Shown: positions 28,048 through 41,674, numbered from the stretch's first letter. The stretch is DNA of 64,000 nucleotides from Eledone cirrhosa (GCA_964016885.1 OZ024742.1:82460001-82524000), one strand, 5' to 3'. The notes: a model not told the origin generated them from the sequence alone. Translations and numbers: made by a program.

Positions 28048-29699
28048 CGTGCGTGTGCTTGTATGTGTGTATATGTTCAAAAGCTTGTAGATATTAAAAC
28101 GAATAGCGAATCATTTCACCTCTCCACAACGAACAACAATTTACTTGTGTCCTAAATTAGTTTTAGATCACCGTTCTAGCTCAGTAAATCTGATCGTATT
28201 GAAACTATTTTAATAAACATCGAAATTGAACGCAATTTTTCATGTGGTTTCAATCTTTATATCACTTACTTTTGACAAGCTGAATAAATGAACGGCATAA
28301 CGATACATTTTCCCTTTTTTTTTAATTTCCTTCGAGTTTTCGTTCGTTCCGTTTCATTTTTCTGATTTTTCTTCCCTTCCATGTGATACATTATTTTCAT
28401 TTTTTTTTCATCAATCAAACTTCTAATTTTTTCCCTGATATTTTTCCTTTATGTTGTCAGATTCTTGTTAATTATGTGTGCAATATATTACTTTTATAAC
28501 CGTTTCTTAAATGATCATGTTTTGGGGTTGTTTTTTTTTTTTTGTTAATAAATGTTTCTACATTTGGCAAAAGCACAGCAATTACAGCATTTTGAAAATC
28601 GACACCAGTGCGTTACTGATGCTTTAATTTATCGACCTCGTAAGCACGAATGGCAAGGCTAAAATCAGCGGTATTTAAACTCACAATGAAAAGATGAGAA
28701 ACAAAAGCCACAGAATATTTTACCAAACAATAATGATTCTGCCAATCCACCGGTGTTGTGACTTATGTTGTGGTTGACATTTTTGCTTCTTTTCTAACAT
28801 ATTTTTGTTTTGAATAATGGAAGTGGTAATATAGAGGAATGTTTTACGTAGTTTTCATTTCCGCTTTTTTCCAGGCCGTTGGTGTTTCTGTTATTGTCAG
28901 CGACGATGTCTGTGTTCATAGTGGTAACATTGTTCATGTCTGTAGAAGTAGGGATAGTTCTCAACGTTATTCTTGAACCTTTGATACCTGACTACTGCCT
29001 GTAAATTCCAAAATGCATTTCGACCATGTTTATGTTTTGTTTTCAGAAAACTTTCAGAAAAATTTTAAAGTAAAGTTCAAATATTTGGACCCAAATATTA
29101 AATGGTCTCCCTTCCTCGGGGCGTAAGATAGTTGCCTTATGTCCCGTTATCAACAAAAGGACATACAAAATAGCAATTCAAACAACTTAAATTTACGAAA
29201 TTTTCCCCTTACAAAATGATAAGTCTTATGCTTTCGTCGCCATAGTCACCTCAGATATCCCCGACTAGTCGTGCTCTCTGTGTTTCTTAACATCTAACAA
29301 TGGTAACGATATTTCAAAGTTGCTTCACCGAACAAACCGTAAATTCTAGTAGAATATGTTTTACTGTAGACTTCGAGACGCGCTACCCTAAACAAATTGG
29401 AAGGATGATAAATTTTGCAATCCTGCAATATTTATGATCTTATCATCATGGTAATATGGGCCAGCATCTAAACCATCACATATGCCTCTTAGATAGATAT
29501 CAATTTCGGGATGAGTAGTGATTTGTATTTTAATTCTAATTGCCGAATGATTTAACGTTTTTGTTATCCTGGCAGGTTTCTCCGATAAAATGGGTAAGAC
29601 TGTCCTTTCATTTTCCCTAACCATTTAGCCCCTTTCCTTACGATCATATCCAGCACAGATTTTAAGATTTCAGAGACAGCTAGAAATAAATTATTGACC

Positions 29700-30250
29700 T
29701 GCTTCTATGTTTAATTATGCGTACTATGTTTAATTGTGAATAACGTCTAATGGAAAACGTTGTTTATAAAACAGAGCCAATTACCAGAACAGAAGTCTAA
29801 TAAGGCCGCCCCGTTCGCATTCATATCGGGCTCATTGTTTCCTCCATTAAATAGCACATTCACAAAATGAAAATCTTGAGAGTTTGCCGATTTCCACCAG
29901 TTCAATGCCACAGCAGAATATACAAATACAAGATACCACAACAACGGAAATGCGTATAGTATGTGTTAACATCAGACATCCTCCATTACTTCTAACGTTT
30001 GCTTCTTTCTGGGATCTCATTTGTTTTGCGGCAAACGAAACCATTCCATACTTCTCAGAATATGTCGATGGCCCATCCCCAGTTATTCTAGTATTGAATG
30101 TATGTTTCGATATATCTTTCGTACCTCTACGTAAAATTTTAACACTTTTTTACGCTTCATGGAAATAACCCTGCTGTAATTTTTGGTGATTTTATTCGCA
30201 CAAGTCGACACATTTTATATTTTCATGATGTCTATGATTCTTTCAGCCAG
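29700..30250 (-). mobile_element. RTE-clade LINE relic (APE endonuclease)
   Basis: ORF 29747..29944 has VYSA..DF...N.NGAALLDFC..N.L.F.N..F, typical of the APE C-terminal half. Confidence 0.55.
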
Positions 30251-31542
30251 CTTTTATTCGGCTCGTCACAATTCCATCGCTGCGTTGTAGAGTTTACTTG
30301 AACGCCAAGTATGTCAGCCATTGTTCTGTCTATCATCGCATCTTGCTGCTATGTGGTTCGAATTTGATTATTCATCTGAGAGGAGCCATCTTATATCGCA
30401 AAAAAACCCACCATATCTGGTAAGCCTGTTGCCATAACTCACAGGTAACTCGATCCCCACACGGAAAACTCTGCCGGGAAAAGATATAGGCAAAGGAAGC
30501 AAAAAGGGGTACGGAGCGCAATGGTAAATATGTTGTTTATGACCGGTACAAGGGTGGTTTTGATGGTGTTGATAATGTTGACAACTACGGCTACGACAGC
30601 GCTGACCATGACGATGAGGTTGAGGATAAATGATAATGAAGATGATGATGAAAAAGAGAATCAAGAGTATGATGATAAGGATGAGGAGTATCAAAAGAGG
30701 GAGGAGAAAGATCTTAATCTTAAAGGTATGTGTAGAGTAGAAAATGGAGGTAATTATTTTATTGGGGGCGACGGCTAAATACATGATGGATGCCAGCGGA
30801 GGTTAGTAATCAAACACGGTAAAAAATCTAAATTCATGCTGGTGAAGAAATAAAAGCAATGTTTGAAAGAACGGACAAGTATATCGAAGAATAGCACATA
30901 TAGAACATTTACAAGAATTGAAAGCACATTCCTGACAAAAGATACTTCGAGAGAGATGAATATGAATATTGAATTTGAAAGGATAAGAAATCAGTTATTT
31001 GTTGTTCAGTTGTGTGTTTTCTGTTATTTCTTCTATTGAATTTAAGAAATTTAGATTGCAAACAGAGGCCCGAATACATTATAGAATCAAATTACTTTTC
31101 CTAGGATAATTTGCCATATATCATACACATATGGCTAATAAAACTGGCATTTCATTGGTGTTTTTATTAGCGTATTTTTTAAGGGGGTGAATTGCTAGTT
31201 TTCCTTTCATTCCAGATAAAATGTTTCTCTATCATTCATTGTTTATTTGGTTTTCCAACCTTTCACTGAAGTTATATTTCAGCGAAAATATCAGAAAGTA
31301 TCAGAAAATATAATTCCAATATTAAGTACAAATACATTAAATATGATTCGTTTTCAGTTTGATTAATGAATGAAATGATGTTTCTTTCAGCATACATATT
31401 AAACATTGGCGTATGCTCATGCAAGATTGTGTGCATTTATATATATACACACATACATATATATGTGTACATATTCATGTGTATATGTGTGTGCGTTTAC
31501 ATACATACACACACACACTCACACATATATATATATATTTAC

Positions 31543-31618
31543 TATAGGAATGGCTTCTACAGAACTAGAACTGTTTCATTCAGGAAACAGTTCTAGTCCT
31601 ATAGAAGCCATTTCTATA
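31543..31618. repeat. ~76-bp hairpin next to TA/CA microsatellite; relative at ~35985-36058
   Basis: TATAGGAATGGCTTCTACAGAACTAGAACTGTTTC-attcag-GAAACAGTTCTAGTCCTATAGAAGCCATTTCTATA. Confidence 0.8.
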
Positions 31619-31677
31619 AATATTTATACTCTGCTATGTATTGAGTGCCCTACTTACTGTGGTTACCCCCGGGATAC

Positions 31678-31714
<37 letters not shown>

Positions 31715-31717
<3 letters not shown>

Positions 31718-34650
31718 TAAAATAACAGATTAAAGTTTAAGCAAATAATCGCTGCTTTCACCCTTAACGGGATCTTCTGAAACTAAACAAAGTCAATCTG
31801 TAAACGCAGAACTGGATATTTCAACCGGAGGAAGACAGGAAGACGATACTTTGGTTCGTGGAAACGTTCGCTGGCAAAGAACGGGGAAAAACGAATATAA
31901 TACGTCATTAATAGGAGCGGTGAAAAGCAATTACGCGCAAAGACAGAACCACGTTTATGGTATAAAAGAGTTCGGAGACTAATGCTCTCTTAGGTAGTGC
32001 ATAGAGACGTTCTCTGGCAATGAACGAAAAAAACGAAGATAATACGTCATATGTGGAGCGTCGAGAACAATAGCATGCAAAGACAAAACCACGTAATACC
32101 TGAAATTAGAAGTTTGGCCCCTCTTGCACTGTGGAATAATTCCTTCGCGGTGATTGATTTGTTCAACGGCATATGTAACAAGGAACATTGCCGTTTTATC
32201 CAATTCGACATCAACAATGACTACTCCTCCATCACTTTACCACTTCTACTTAGAGCTATCAATTTCGCTAAAACACTCACAGTGGTTAAGAATTTCGAAG
32301 TTGATGTCATCCTCAATGTCCGAAAGTCGGTGATTAATTTCGACGACTCTATTTGGATTAAAAAATCCAATAGTACCCCATTCGACGTGAGTATGGGCGC
32401 CAGTGATTCTGCGTAGGTTACTGATCTTATCGGCCTTTTCCTTCTTTTCTCTATCAAGGACGAATTACCCAACGCGTGCGGTTGTTTGTACCGTGACGAT
32501 GGTCTTTTGACCATGACTAAGTGCGGACCTCATGCTTGCGACAGGTTCAGAAAATAACTCACAGCCTTCTTTAAAGGCTTCAACCTCTCTATACAGGTTG
32601 AGGCCAATCTCTCGGTCGTTAATTACCTCGACGTTACCCTCAACTTATTGAATGGGTTGTATTACCCGTATAGAAAGCCGAATGATACGCTTAATTACAT
32701 AAGTAAGCATTCCAACCATCCTGCCAGCATAACCAAGAATCTGGTAAGAAACGTTTCGTTGAGGCTTTCCCGTCTTTCCACCAACGAGCGTATTTTCAAC
32801 GACCATTCCACTTATTACAATGAAGCTCTTGCTCGAAGTGGATTTGTCGATAAGGTAGCATATACAGAATACGAAAATAGACCTAGAAGAAATAGATCCC
32901 GTCGCATTTGTTGGTATAACCCACCATATAATATGGAGGTGGCCACACCATTAGCTAGGATCTTTCTTTCCCTTATTACGAAGCATTTTCCCCCTACACA
33001 TAAATATAGTAAAATTTGTAATAGAAATACTATTAAAATGTCTTACCCTACGACTCCTAACCTTGCTCATAAGATCACAGCTTCAAATTTAGCTAAACTA
33101 CCTAGCCGTAGGAACACGTGCAACCCTGTAGTTAGTACTAACTGTAATTGTATGAATCTGGTTGATTGCCCCCTATCCGGGAAATGCCTCTCTAATAACA
33201 TTGTCTACAAATGTAAGGTTGTAACACCCACGTGTCGTAGGGCCTACATAGGGTTAACCGCCAATAGATTCAAGCAGCGTCTTTACATGCATACCCATTC
33301 TTTTCGTTACCCTCTAAGAAGGAATATGACGTCACTTTCCGCTTATATCTGGAGTCTAAAAGACAACCACACCCAATATAAGTTACACTGGGAGATCCTA
33401 GCTTGGGCTAGATTGTATAACGGAAATAAAAGACCATGTGACCTCTGCGCCGCTGAGGCCCTGGAAATACTCTACGCCACAGACCACACCTTAAACAAAA
33501 AATCTGAGGCAATTTTGGCTTGTAAACATAAATTGCACAAAACTTTCCTGTATTACAGCCCCACGTTATACCCTAACGGATAGTACGATCTATACGTGGA
33601 TATTTTACGTCTTGATGTGGGAGCTAAGTATATGTTTTGTTTATACCTTTACTTATTTGCATAGATAAGTATATATTACCCGTATGTTTTGTGAAGGTAC
33701 GTATACTTTCACGTACGTATATTTGATTGTTATGGCGTATAATTTTTTTTTATATTCTGGTAGATATGGTTCGGCTATGTGTATACGGGAGTTTTGCGTC
33801 TGTGTGAGTATGCAGGTTCGTATGTAGGGCGTGTGTATATGTGTACTTCATGTTTTAGTTGACTTACGTCTCAGAACATTCGTGTATTTACATGTAGGTA
33901 TGTGTATGCGCTTGTTATATACATATTTATTTATTTATATACGTTTATATAATTATTTATTTATTTGTATACACACTTACACACACACACATACTTATAT
34001 GTGCGTGGTTTTGTTTACCTATGGTAAGTTTATGCGTATGCTTGTGTATGTACGTATTTGTTTGCGTGTATGTATTTATTTATTTCTATTACTTCTGTAT
34101 TGTATTTATTTACTTTGTTCTTAACTCTGTAGCGGAGATTCATTCGGTCTCCTTGTTAGAATTTAGTCTACGACTTCTGAAATATCATTTACGTGGTTTT
34201 GTCTTTGCGTGCTATTGTTCTCCACGATCCACATATGACGTATCATCTTCGTTTTTTTCGTCCATTGCCAGAGAACGTCTCTATGCACCACCAAAGAGAA
34301 CATTAATCTACGACCTCTTTTATACCATAAACGTGGTTCTGTCTTTGCGCGTAATTGTTTTTTATTATATTCGTTTTTTCCCGTTCTTTGCCAGCGAACG
34401 TTTCCACGAACCAAAGTACCTGTCTTCCTCCGGTTACAACGTTTTTAGAAATATCCAGTTCAGCGTTTACAGATTGACTTTGTTTAGTTTCAGAAGATCC
34501 CGTTAAGGGTGAAAGCAGCGATTCTTTGCTTAAACTTTAATCTGTTATTTTAATAAATATTTGCTCTACGGTTCTTATATATTTGATATATATTTATCCT
34601 TATCGAGCCCTCTTTGGATTTTAGTCTTCAAATTTATTATTATTACTATA
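31715..34650 (+). mobile_element. Penelope-like element 2 (probably Naiad-type), 5'-truncated with an inverted pLTR at the 5' end, inserted in (TA)n
   Basis: 31715-32097 is the reverse complement of ~34190-34556. RT motifs FIQFDI, FDVSMGASDSA*VTDLIG, CLYRDDGLL, VNYLDVTL. ORF 32648-33583 has SNHP, WYNPPY, CNCMNLVDCPLSGKC, IVYKC..YIGLT..FKQR..H and CDLC..E..CKH. Confidence 0.92.
34486..34536 (+). ncRNA. Hammerhead-like motif with non-canonical CAGAAGA core in the PLE 2 pLTR
   Basis: AGTTT-CAGAAGA-tCCC(gttaa)GGGt-GAAAGCAG(cgattct)TTGCTT-AAACT: stem I 5 bp, stem III 5 bp, followed by AATAAA. The same core is at 31734-31784 (-), ~37777-37827 (-), ~38515-38565 (+) and ~15795 (+). Confidence 0.6.
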
Positions 34651-34689
34651 TATATATATACGAACATTTGTAAATTCAAGTATATATGC

Positions 34690-34762
<73 letters not shown>

Positions 34763-34894
34763 AAGTTATATTTAAAACTGTTGGGTTACAACTAGTAAAT
34801 ATTTATAACTGATATAAAAGCACTCGACAAATACTTGGAGTATATTTACAATATTAAATAAATGGAAAACTATATTTATAAAACTATATTTAAT

Positions 34895-34938
<44 letters not shown>

Positions 34939-34947
34939 TATATATAT

Positions 34948-35730
34948 ATATGAAAGACGTAAAATAAGAAAATTATAAAAATCAAAAATCAACTTACTTA
35001 CTAAAATTTTCACTCCAACTAATTAGTTTCTGTAATGGGATAAATATAGTTAAATAATAATTCAGTAGATGGAATGAAGCTAGCGAGGACTAGATTCCGG
35101 AGCACCTGTTTAGAACCACATAGATACTAAGACATAACTTATATAATTGCTAGCATCAGTGTACATCTGTAGATGTACTAATTCTCTATATTTATCTCCA
35201 AATTATTTGTTGAGCAAAACTGGCCAAAATTTACTTCTGTTTCATGGTAGTAGTAGGCTCTTGTCATAATACCACCCCGCTCCTAACTGATTAACCTCGG
35301 TGTCACGTGATTGATTCTTTAGAATCTGCCACTGACCAGAGACAGTGAAATTTTTTCAGTGCTCCAGAATCTAGTTCTCGCTAGCTTCATTCCATCTACT
35401 GAATTATTATTTTTATATGGGTTCCTAGTGTCCGGGCATTGCCTGGGAACTTAGCTGAGAATAGACTCCCTAATGACGTAATGAATTCTCTATAGTTATA
35501 TACATTATGTAACTATATTTATCCTATTACAGAAACTAATTAGTTGCAGTGTAAATGTTAGTAAGTAAGTTGATTTTTAATTTTTAAAATTTTCTTATTT
35601 TACGTCTTTCATATAATTGTTCTGCATTCACCTGCATAGAACCACATAGGTACTAAGACATAACTTATATATTAGCTAGCATGAGTGTACATCCGTACAC
35701 ATATGTTGGTAGATGTACTAATTCTCTCTC
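34948..35730. mobile_element. Composite fold-back/direct-repeat non-coding element between (TA)n tracts, with degenerate hammerhead at 35465-35550
   Basis: 34948-35105 is the reverse complement of 35358-35412 plus 35505-35613. 35105-35188 is a direct repeat of 35631-35727. Motif ACTCC-CTAATGA-..-GAAAC-TAATTA-GTT-G(C/G)AGT. Confidence 0.75.
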
Positions 35731-35836
35731 TCTCTATATATATATATGTATGTGTGTGTGTATAAGTGAGTATATGTATATATATATATATATTCTTCTT
35801 TCTTCTCATGTTTTTTTATATATATATATATACATA

Positions 35837-35869
<33 letters not shown>

Positions 35870-37383
35870 GTGTGTGTGTGTGTCTGTGCGTGTGCTAGTG
35901 TGTGCTGATCCCAAATTGAGTCAGGTATAAACACAGTAAATAGGTGTACTCAATTCATATATAGAATGACGATAGAGGTTTGCATAGAAAAAGGCTTCTA
36001 GAGGAGTAGAACTCTTTCATTCTTATGGCAGTTCTAGTCCTGTAGAAAATGTTCTATATAAACCTATATATATATGTATGTGTGTATGTATGTTTGTGTA
36101 TATAGTCAAACAAAATAATGGAAAATTATTCTTTTATAAAAAAAACGTATTTCATTTTTTACAATGGTTTTGAATGATACATGACCTCGAATTATTCGAT
36201 GTATTGGCAAAAACAACTTTTATATAGTTAATTTATATATTTAGATATATGTCTATGAAGTAATAATTCCCACTCCTCTGACAGTAAAATATAATTTTCA
36301 CTGGACTCTTTGGATTACTTTTAGCTTAGATTGTTTTTATAATTTTGCATCTAATGTACAAAGATTATTATGAAAGAATAATTTTTTCCGAGTTTTGTGC
36401 TTTGCAAACTTGCTGTATGTTGAGATTTAGAAGGGGAAAGACGAAAACATGCGAAAATTCATCTAATGGAGATCATTCATGGAAAATTAACCTTAGATAT
36501 ACGTTCCTAGGTTTAAATAAAGTAGTTTTGATATGTTCATAGTTCACTTCCCAAATAACATTTACGTAAAGAGGATACAATGGGATACACCCCAAAATGG
36601 ACATAGTAATGTTTGCGTGTAATTAATTGCCTGACATCTTTCTCACTCACATTCACTCAAGTACATTCACACGCTCATATACCCATCATGTGTGGAAATA
36701 CATGCTGAGATATAATTTCACAGATTTTCATGAACGTACAAACCATAACACATTCATTTACCTACGTCAAGGCGTACAAATAACATTTCATCTTAAATTC
36801 CTATAAATCTCAGTATGTATATTTCTTTAATTAGCATTAGAATTATAGTAGACAGTCAATGCTCAGAAAATATAATGAAATTGTAAGAAAACTGGGATAA
36901 AAGACGGATATTTTGGAGATATAAGGACCCTTAAGTGGGATTGTATATTTTATTGAAGAAAGAATAAGAGAGGCGATGAGTTCAATGTATTATTAATTCG
37001 TTTATAGGGATCAACATTGTGATATAATACGCCTCCGAGAGACATAAATGACCCTACTTTTATTTCCACTGTATGGGGTAGATCTCTCACGAATTTCCTA
37101 TCGCATTTGATAGGTAATTCTGCACTCGAATAGGTTAGTTGTATACCGCGCTATGGACGTAGTGTGCTTCCGCTCATCGTTTTCAACGAATACATTTGGG
37201 AATTATAGCCAGTAATAAATGGATTAGCTGGGGCATCGCTATATGAACTAGTAGGGTACAGGGATTTTACAGTATAATTATATTCTCTAATTTCCTTTAA
37301 AGATTGCATATATAGTTCTACGTTTGATGTATGTACACAACCTCACAATTGCGAATCCAATTCTCTAACCACTCAGCCACACC

Positions 37384-37483
<100 letters not shown>

Positions 37484-37504
37484 ATATATATATATATATA
37501 TATA

Positions 37505-37625
37505 AGGGGTGTGGCTGAGTGGTTAGAGAATTGGATTCGCAATTGTGAGGTTGTGAGTTCAATTCCTGGACCGGGCGATGCGTTATGTCCTTGAGCAAGA
37601 CACTTTATTTCAAGTTGCTCCTTCT
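37505..37625 (+). mobile_element. tRNA-derived SINE; its 5' 50 bp is mirrored at 37336-37388 across a (TA)n tract
   Basis: A box TGGCTGAGTGG, B box GAGTTCAATTCC, core TGTCCTTGAGCAAGACACTT. Confidence 0.8.
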
Positions 37626-37717
37626 GCCTGGAGTTGCGACCGATAGATAGTATTAGCAATGGGAAAGACCAACGGAAACATTGTTTCCTCGGTCCGATTT
37701 GACGAAAGTCGATCGTT

Positions 37718-37754
<37 letters not shown>

Positions 37755-37760
<6 letters not shown>

Positions 37761-38306
37761 TAAAATAACAGATTAAAGTTTAAGCAAAGAATCGCTGCTT
37801 TCACCCTTAACGAAATCTTCTGAAACTAACAAAGTCAATATGTAAACGCAGAACTGGATATTTCAAAAAACGTTGCAACCGGAGGAAGACAGGAAGACGA
37901 TACTTTGGTTCGTGGTAACCTTCGCTGGCAAAGAACGAGAACAAAACGAATAATACGTCATTAATAGGAGCGGTGAAAAACAATTACGCGCAAAGACAGA
38001 ACCACGTTTATGGTATAAAAGAGGTCGTAGACTAATGTTCTCTTAGGTGGTGCATAGAGACGTTCTCTGGCAATAAACGAAAAAACGAAGATAATAATCA
38101 TATGTGGAGCTTCGAGAACAATAGCACGCAAAGACAAAACCACGTAAATGGTATAGTAGAAGTCGTAGACTAAAATTCTAACTAGGAGACCAAATGAATC
38201 TCCGCTACAGAGTTAAGAACAAAGTAAATAAATACAATACAGAAGTAATAGAAACAAATAAATACATACACGCAAACAGGTACGTACATACACAAGCATA
38301 CGCAAA

Positions 38307-38310
<4 letters not shown>
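37755..38310 (-). mobile_element. Solo 3'-end/pLTR copy of PLE 2 between (TA)n tracts
   Basis: Reverse complement of ~34030-34560. Confidence 0.88.
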
Positions 38311-38389
<79 letters not shown>

Positions 38390-38440
38390 ACATAAAATTA
38401 TTTACATATATACATATATATATATATTTATATATTTATA

Positions 38441-38686
38441 AAAATAAGAGTTTAAAGTTTAAGCAAAGAATCGCTGCTTTCACCTTTAACGGGATCTTTT
38501 GAAACTAACCAGTTAGTTTCAGAAGATCCCGTTAAAGGTGAAAGCAGCGATTCTTTGCTTAAACTTTAATCTGTTATTTTAATAAATAATTGCTCTACTG
38601 TTCTTATATATTTGATATATATTTATCCTTGTCGAGCCCTCTTTGGATTTTAGTCTTCAAATTTATTACTATTTATTATTATTAAT
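38441..38686 (+). mobile_element. Ultra-short fold-back PLE 2 pLTR (inverted stub ~38441-38509 joined to sense 38511-38686)
   Basis: ..GGGATCTTTTGAAACTAAC-c-AGTTAGTTTCAGAAGATCCC... The sense part matches 34484-34650. Flanked by (TA)n. Confidence 0.85.
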
Positions 38687-39093
38687 ATATATATATATAT
38701 ATATATATATACAAAAGATACACAACCACAGAAATGCTATAAAGATGGCTTATAAAATGGGGTGAAGACACTTAAAAGATGGAAAAGCTTGCCAACGGCA
38801 GCTGTCAGGAGTTGAACACCATATCTAACAGATACCGACAAAACATTTAATCATTAAGCTAAGCAGTCATGACATCATTTTTCCCGATAACTGGACAGCA
38901 GCTTTCAGGCGCCTTCGTACATAGACCCTACCAAAAGACACATTCCACTAAACATATGCGCAAGAGATAATACACCCAAATTCCAAGCCTTCCCACTTTA
39001 TCTTTGCGCTGTCAATACAACAGACCAAATACGAATAAATAAGGAAAATATTTTTATTCAAAAACATAGACTAGCATTATATATAGTTAATGA

Positions 39094-39280
39094 GGCGGTG
39101 GATTGGCAGTATCGGTAGAGGGTCGGCGCCATGCTTTCCAGCATAGTTACGTCCCTTTACGATCTGAGTTCAAATCCCGCCGAGGTTGACTTCGCCTTTC
39201 ATCCTTACGGGGTCGATAAAATAAAGTACCAGTAATGCACTGGGTAATTGCTGGCCTTGTGCCTAAATTAGAAACAATTA
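39094..39280 (+). mobile_element. tRNA-derived SINE (octopus-type family)
   Basis: A box TGGCAGTATCGG, B box GAGTTCAAATCC, core GCCGAGGTTGACTTCGCCTTTCATCCTTACGGGGTCGATAAAATAAAGTACC, tail GGCCTTGTGCCTAAATTAGAAACAATT. Confidence 0.88.
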
Positions 39281-39428
39281 AATATAGTGTAATATACATT
39301 AATATGTTAACATCTAAATATTCTAACCATCCAAAGGGACACATAGATACACACACACACATAACTCACTTCTCCATTTCTACTAATAGAATCATTTTCA
39401 TACACACACACACAAACACACCCACACT

Positions 39429-39467
<39 letters not shown>

Positions 39468-39653
39468 TAGCACATAAATAAAAATATATATCTCTATTTT
39501 CTACCCTGTCGCCACCACCACCACTATCGATACAAATATTCAATTTATTTCAATAGAAAGTCTGAATTTTGACACCTCACCACCTAGCCATATTCCCTGA
39601 ACCAGAACGATTTCTCCCAATCCCTTTTTATGACCATTATCTTTTATTTAGAT

Positions 39654-39846
39654 GGGCGATGGATTGGCAGTATCGGTAGAGGGTCGGACGCCATGCTTTG
39701 ACGCATAGAGTTACGGCTCTTGCCATTCTGAGTTCAAATCCCGCCGAGGTTAACTTTGCCTTTCATCCTTACGGGGTCGATGAAATAAAGTAGCAGTAAT
39801 GTACTGGGTATTTGCTGGCCTTGTGCCAAAAATAGAAACAATTATT
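39654..39846 (+). mobile_element. tRNA-derived SINE, same family
   Basis: Same boxes, core and tail as 39094-39280. Confidence 0.88.
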
Positions 39847-40248
39847 TAGCGCAAAAGTCTCTATAACAAATCATGTGATTGGGAAAACGGCTACAACGAA
39901 GCACCATATACGAACTGGCGCGAAAATCGATGTACTTTTTCACGTGACAGTCATAACCAATCAAATTACATTTATAGAAAAAAAGTTTTCAAGTGAAAAT
40001 GAAGATAAGGAACCCCCAAACGCGAACTGGCGAGAAAGTTGATGTACTTATTCACGTGACAGTCATCAACCAACCAAATTTCACTTATATATGAAAAAAA
40101 CAATTTGAGCCACTTTTTCCCATATAAAACAGAAGTAACATTCGAACACCAAATAGATGCGAGATGCGAGAAAAACCACAAACCCTCCATCTCAATTCTA
40201 CTTTTGAAAAGCATAATAACTGTGAAACCGGTAAAGGGAACAAATAAA

Positions 40249-40313
<65 letters not shown>

Positions 40314-40557
40314 AAAGAGTGAAGAATAACATGGTCAACAGTACAAAAAAGGGTTTTATTTACAGTCTAATAATTGTTTCACTGATGAAATTGTCTAAAT
40401 ATTGCTGAACACTTGAAGTTATTAACTCAATTTTAAATACGTTGTTAGCTTAACCAGATCATCAGAGAAACTGGTAAAATATGTTCAGTTTTCACGAATT
40501 CAAATTACAACATCATTTTGTTATCCCTCGTATATATTTATATATAAATATATATAA

Positions 40558-40686
<129 letters not shown>

Positions 40687-40767
40687 CAAAGAGATATTTA
40701 ATTTGTTGGTTATTCAACAAATTTATTTATAACAGATTACAAGAACTCTACAAGTGTTCTGGAGTAT

Positions 40768-41143
40768 AATATCAATGATATTAATAAAGGGAAACTATAT
40801 TTATAAAACCATATTTATTTTATTATATATATATTTCAAGGGTACCAACATTTTGGTACGCACTCATCAGATAAAATACAACATTTGTTTTATTTAAATC
40901 TTTATAATGAATATGTAAATGAGGTTGAAACGTAAAGCTTTACATATTCATACTAAAGATTTTAAATCTTTCTTTCAGTATCAAAACTTAACCTGGACCA
41001 ATAAGGTCTGGTTTCACCATTTATAAAACAACTTTTGTATTTTATCTGATGAGTGCGTACCAAAATGTTGGTATCCTTGATATATATATAATAAAATAAA
41101 TATGGTTTTATAAATATATTTTCCATTTATTAATATCATTGAT
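40768..41143. mobile_element. Fold-back element (arms ~40768-40895 and ~41022-41143) with hammerheads; relatives at ~48940-49050 and ~34850-34900
   Basis: Minus-strand HHR at 40818-40876: TTTTAT-CTGATGA-gtgcGTACCA(aaatgt)TGGTACcctt-GAAA-TATATATATA-ATAAAA. Confidence 0.85.
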
Positions 41144-41307
41144 ATATATATATATATATATGTATAATATTAAAGATAATATTTATAGTTATGTATATAC
41201 AACTATAAACAACTATAAACAGGGAAGGTCAGTAATTTATTACTACCTTATTACCAGTAAGAGAAATAGCTCAATGTAAGAACATCAGGTGTTTTACAGA
41301 GCAGTAA

Positions 41308-41634
41308 TGTAGATTATATAAGTATCAAAGTTATGTTTAAAACATTTAATCGCTGACAATTTTTCTTCCAAATTTTAGTTTGGAGTCATCATTTAACTTG
41401 AATATGAATTATTGTACAATTCTCGTATAATATATGTCGCATCCATTCCACCGTATATATACTAAACTATTGTTCACAACATCAATATATATGTATCTAT
41501 ATGATTATTCAGTTAAATAGGAGGTTAATTATATGTACAAACATTGATAATGCTCCGATGACCCCAAAGTAAAATTTTGAAGAAACAATTGTCAGCGATT
41601 AAATGATTTAAACATAACTTTGATACTTATGTAA

Positions 41635-41640
<6 letters not shown>
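41308..41640. mobile_element. Fold-back element (arms ~41308-41390 and ~41557-41640) with hammerhead-like motif at 41551-41596
   Basis: GCT-CCGATGA-..-GAAAC-AATT-GTC-AGC, with reverse-complementary arms. Confidence 0.75.

Positions 41641-41674
<34 letters not shown>

Larger units (their letters stand above)
39040..40255 (+). mobile_element. ~1.2-kb non-coding element ending in a minimal hammerhead, then AATAAA and (TA)n; carries SINE insertions
   Basis: Collinear reverse-complement similarity to 44462-45692. HHR at 40201-40236: CTT-TTGAAAA-GCA(..)TGT-GAAAC-CG-GTA-AAG. Confidence 0.75.

Noticed and set aside
28848-28998. Possible minus-strand exon with a good AG acceptor
   Set aside because: All three frames contain stops before the candidate donor.
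30368-30784. ORFs with hydrophobic or acidic runs
   Set aside because: They derive from degenerate (GAT/GAN)n low-complexity sequence.
37505-37575. tRNA gene
   Set aside because: A and B boxes are present, but the sequence continues into a SINE core and lacks a proper acceptor stem.
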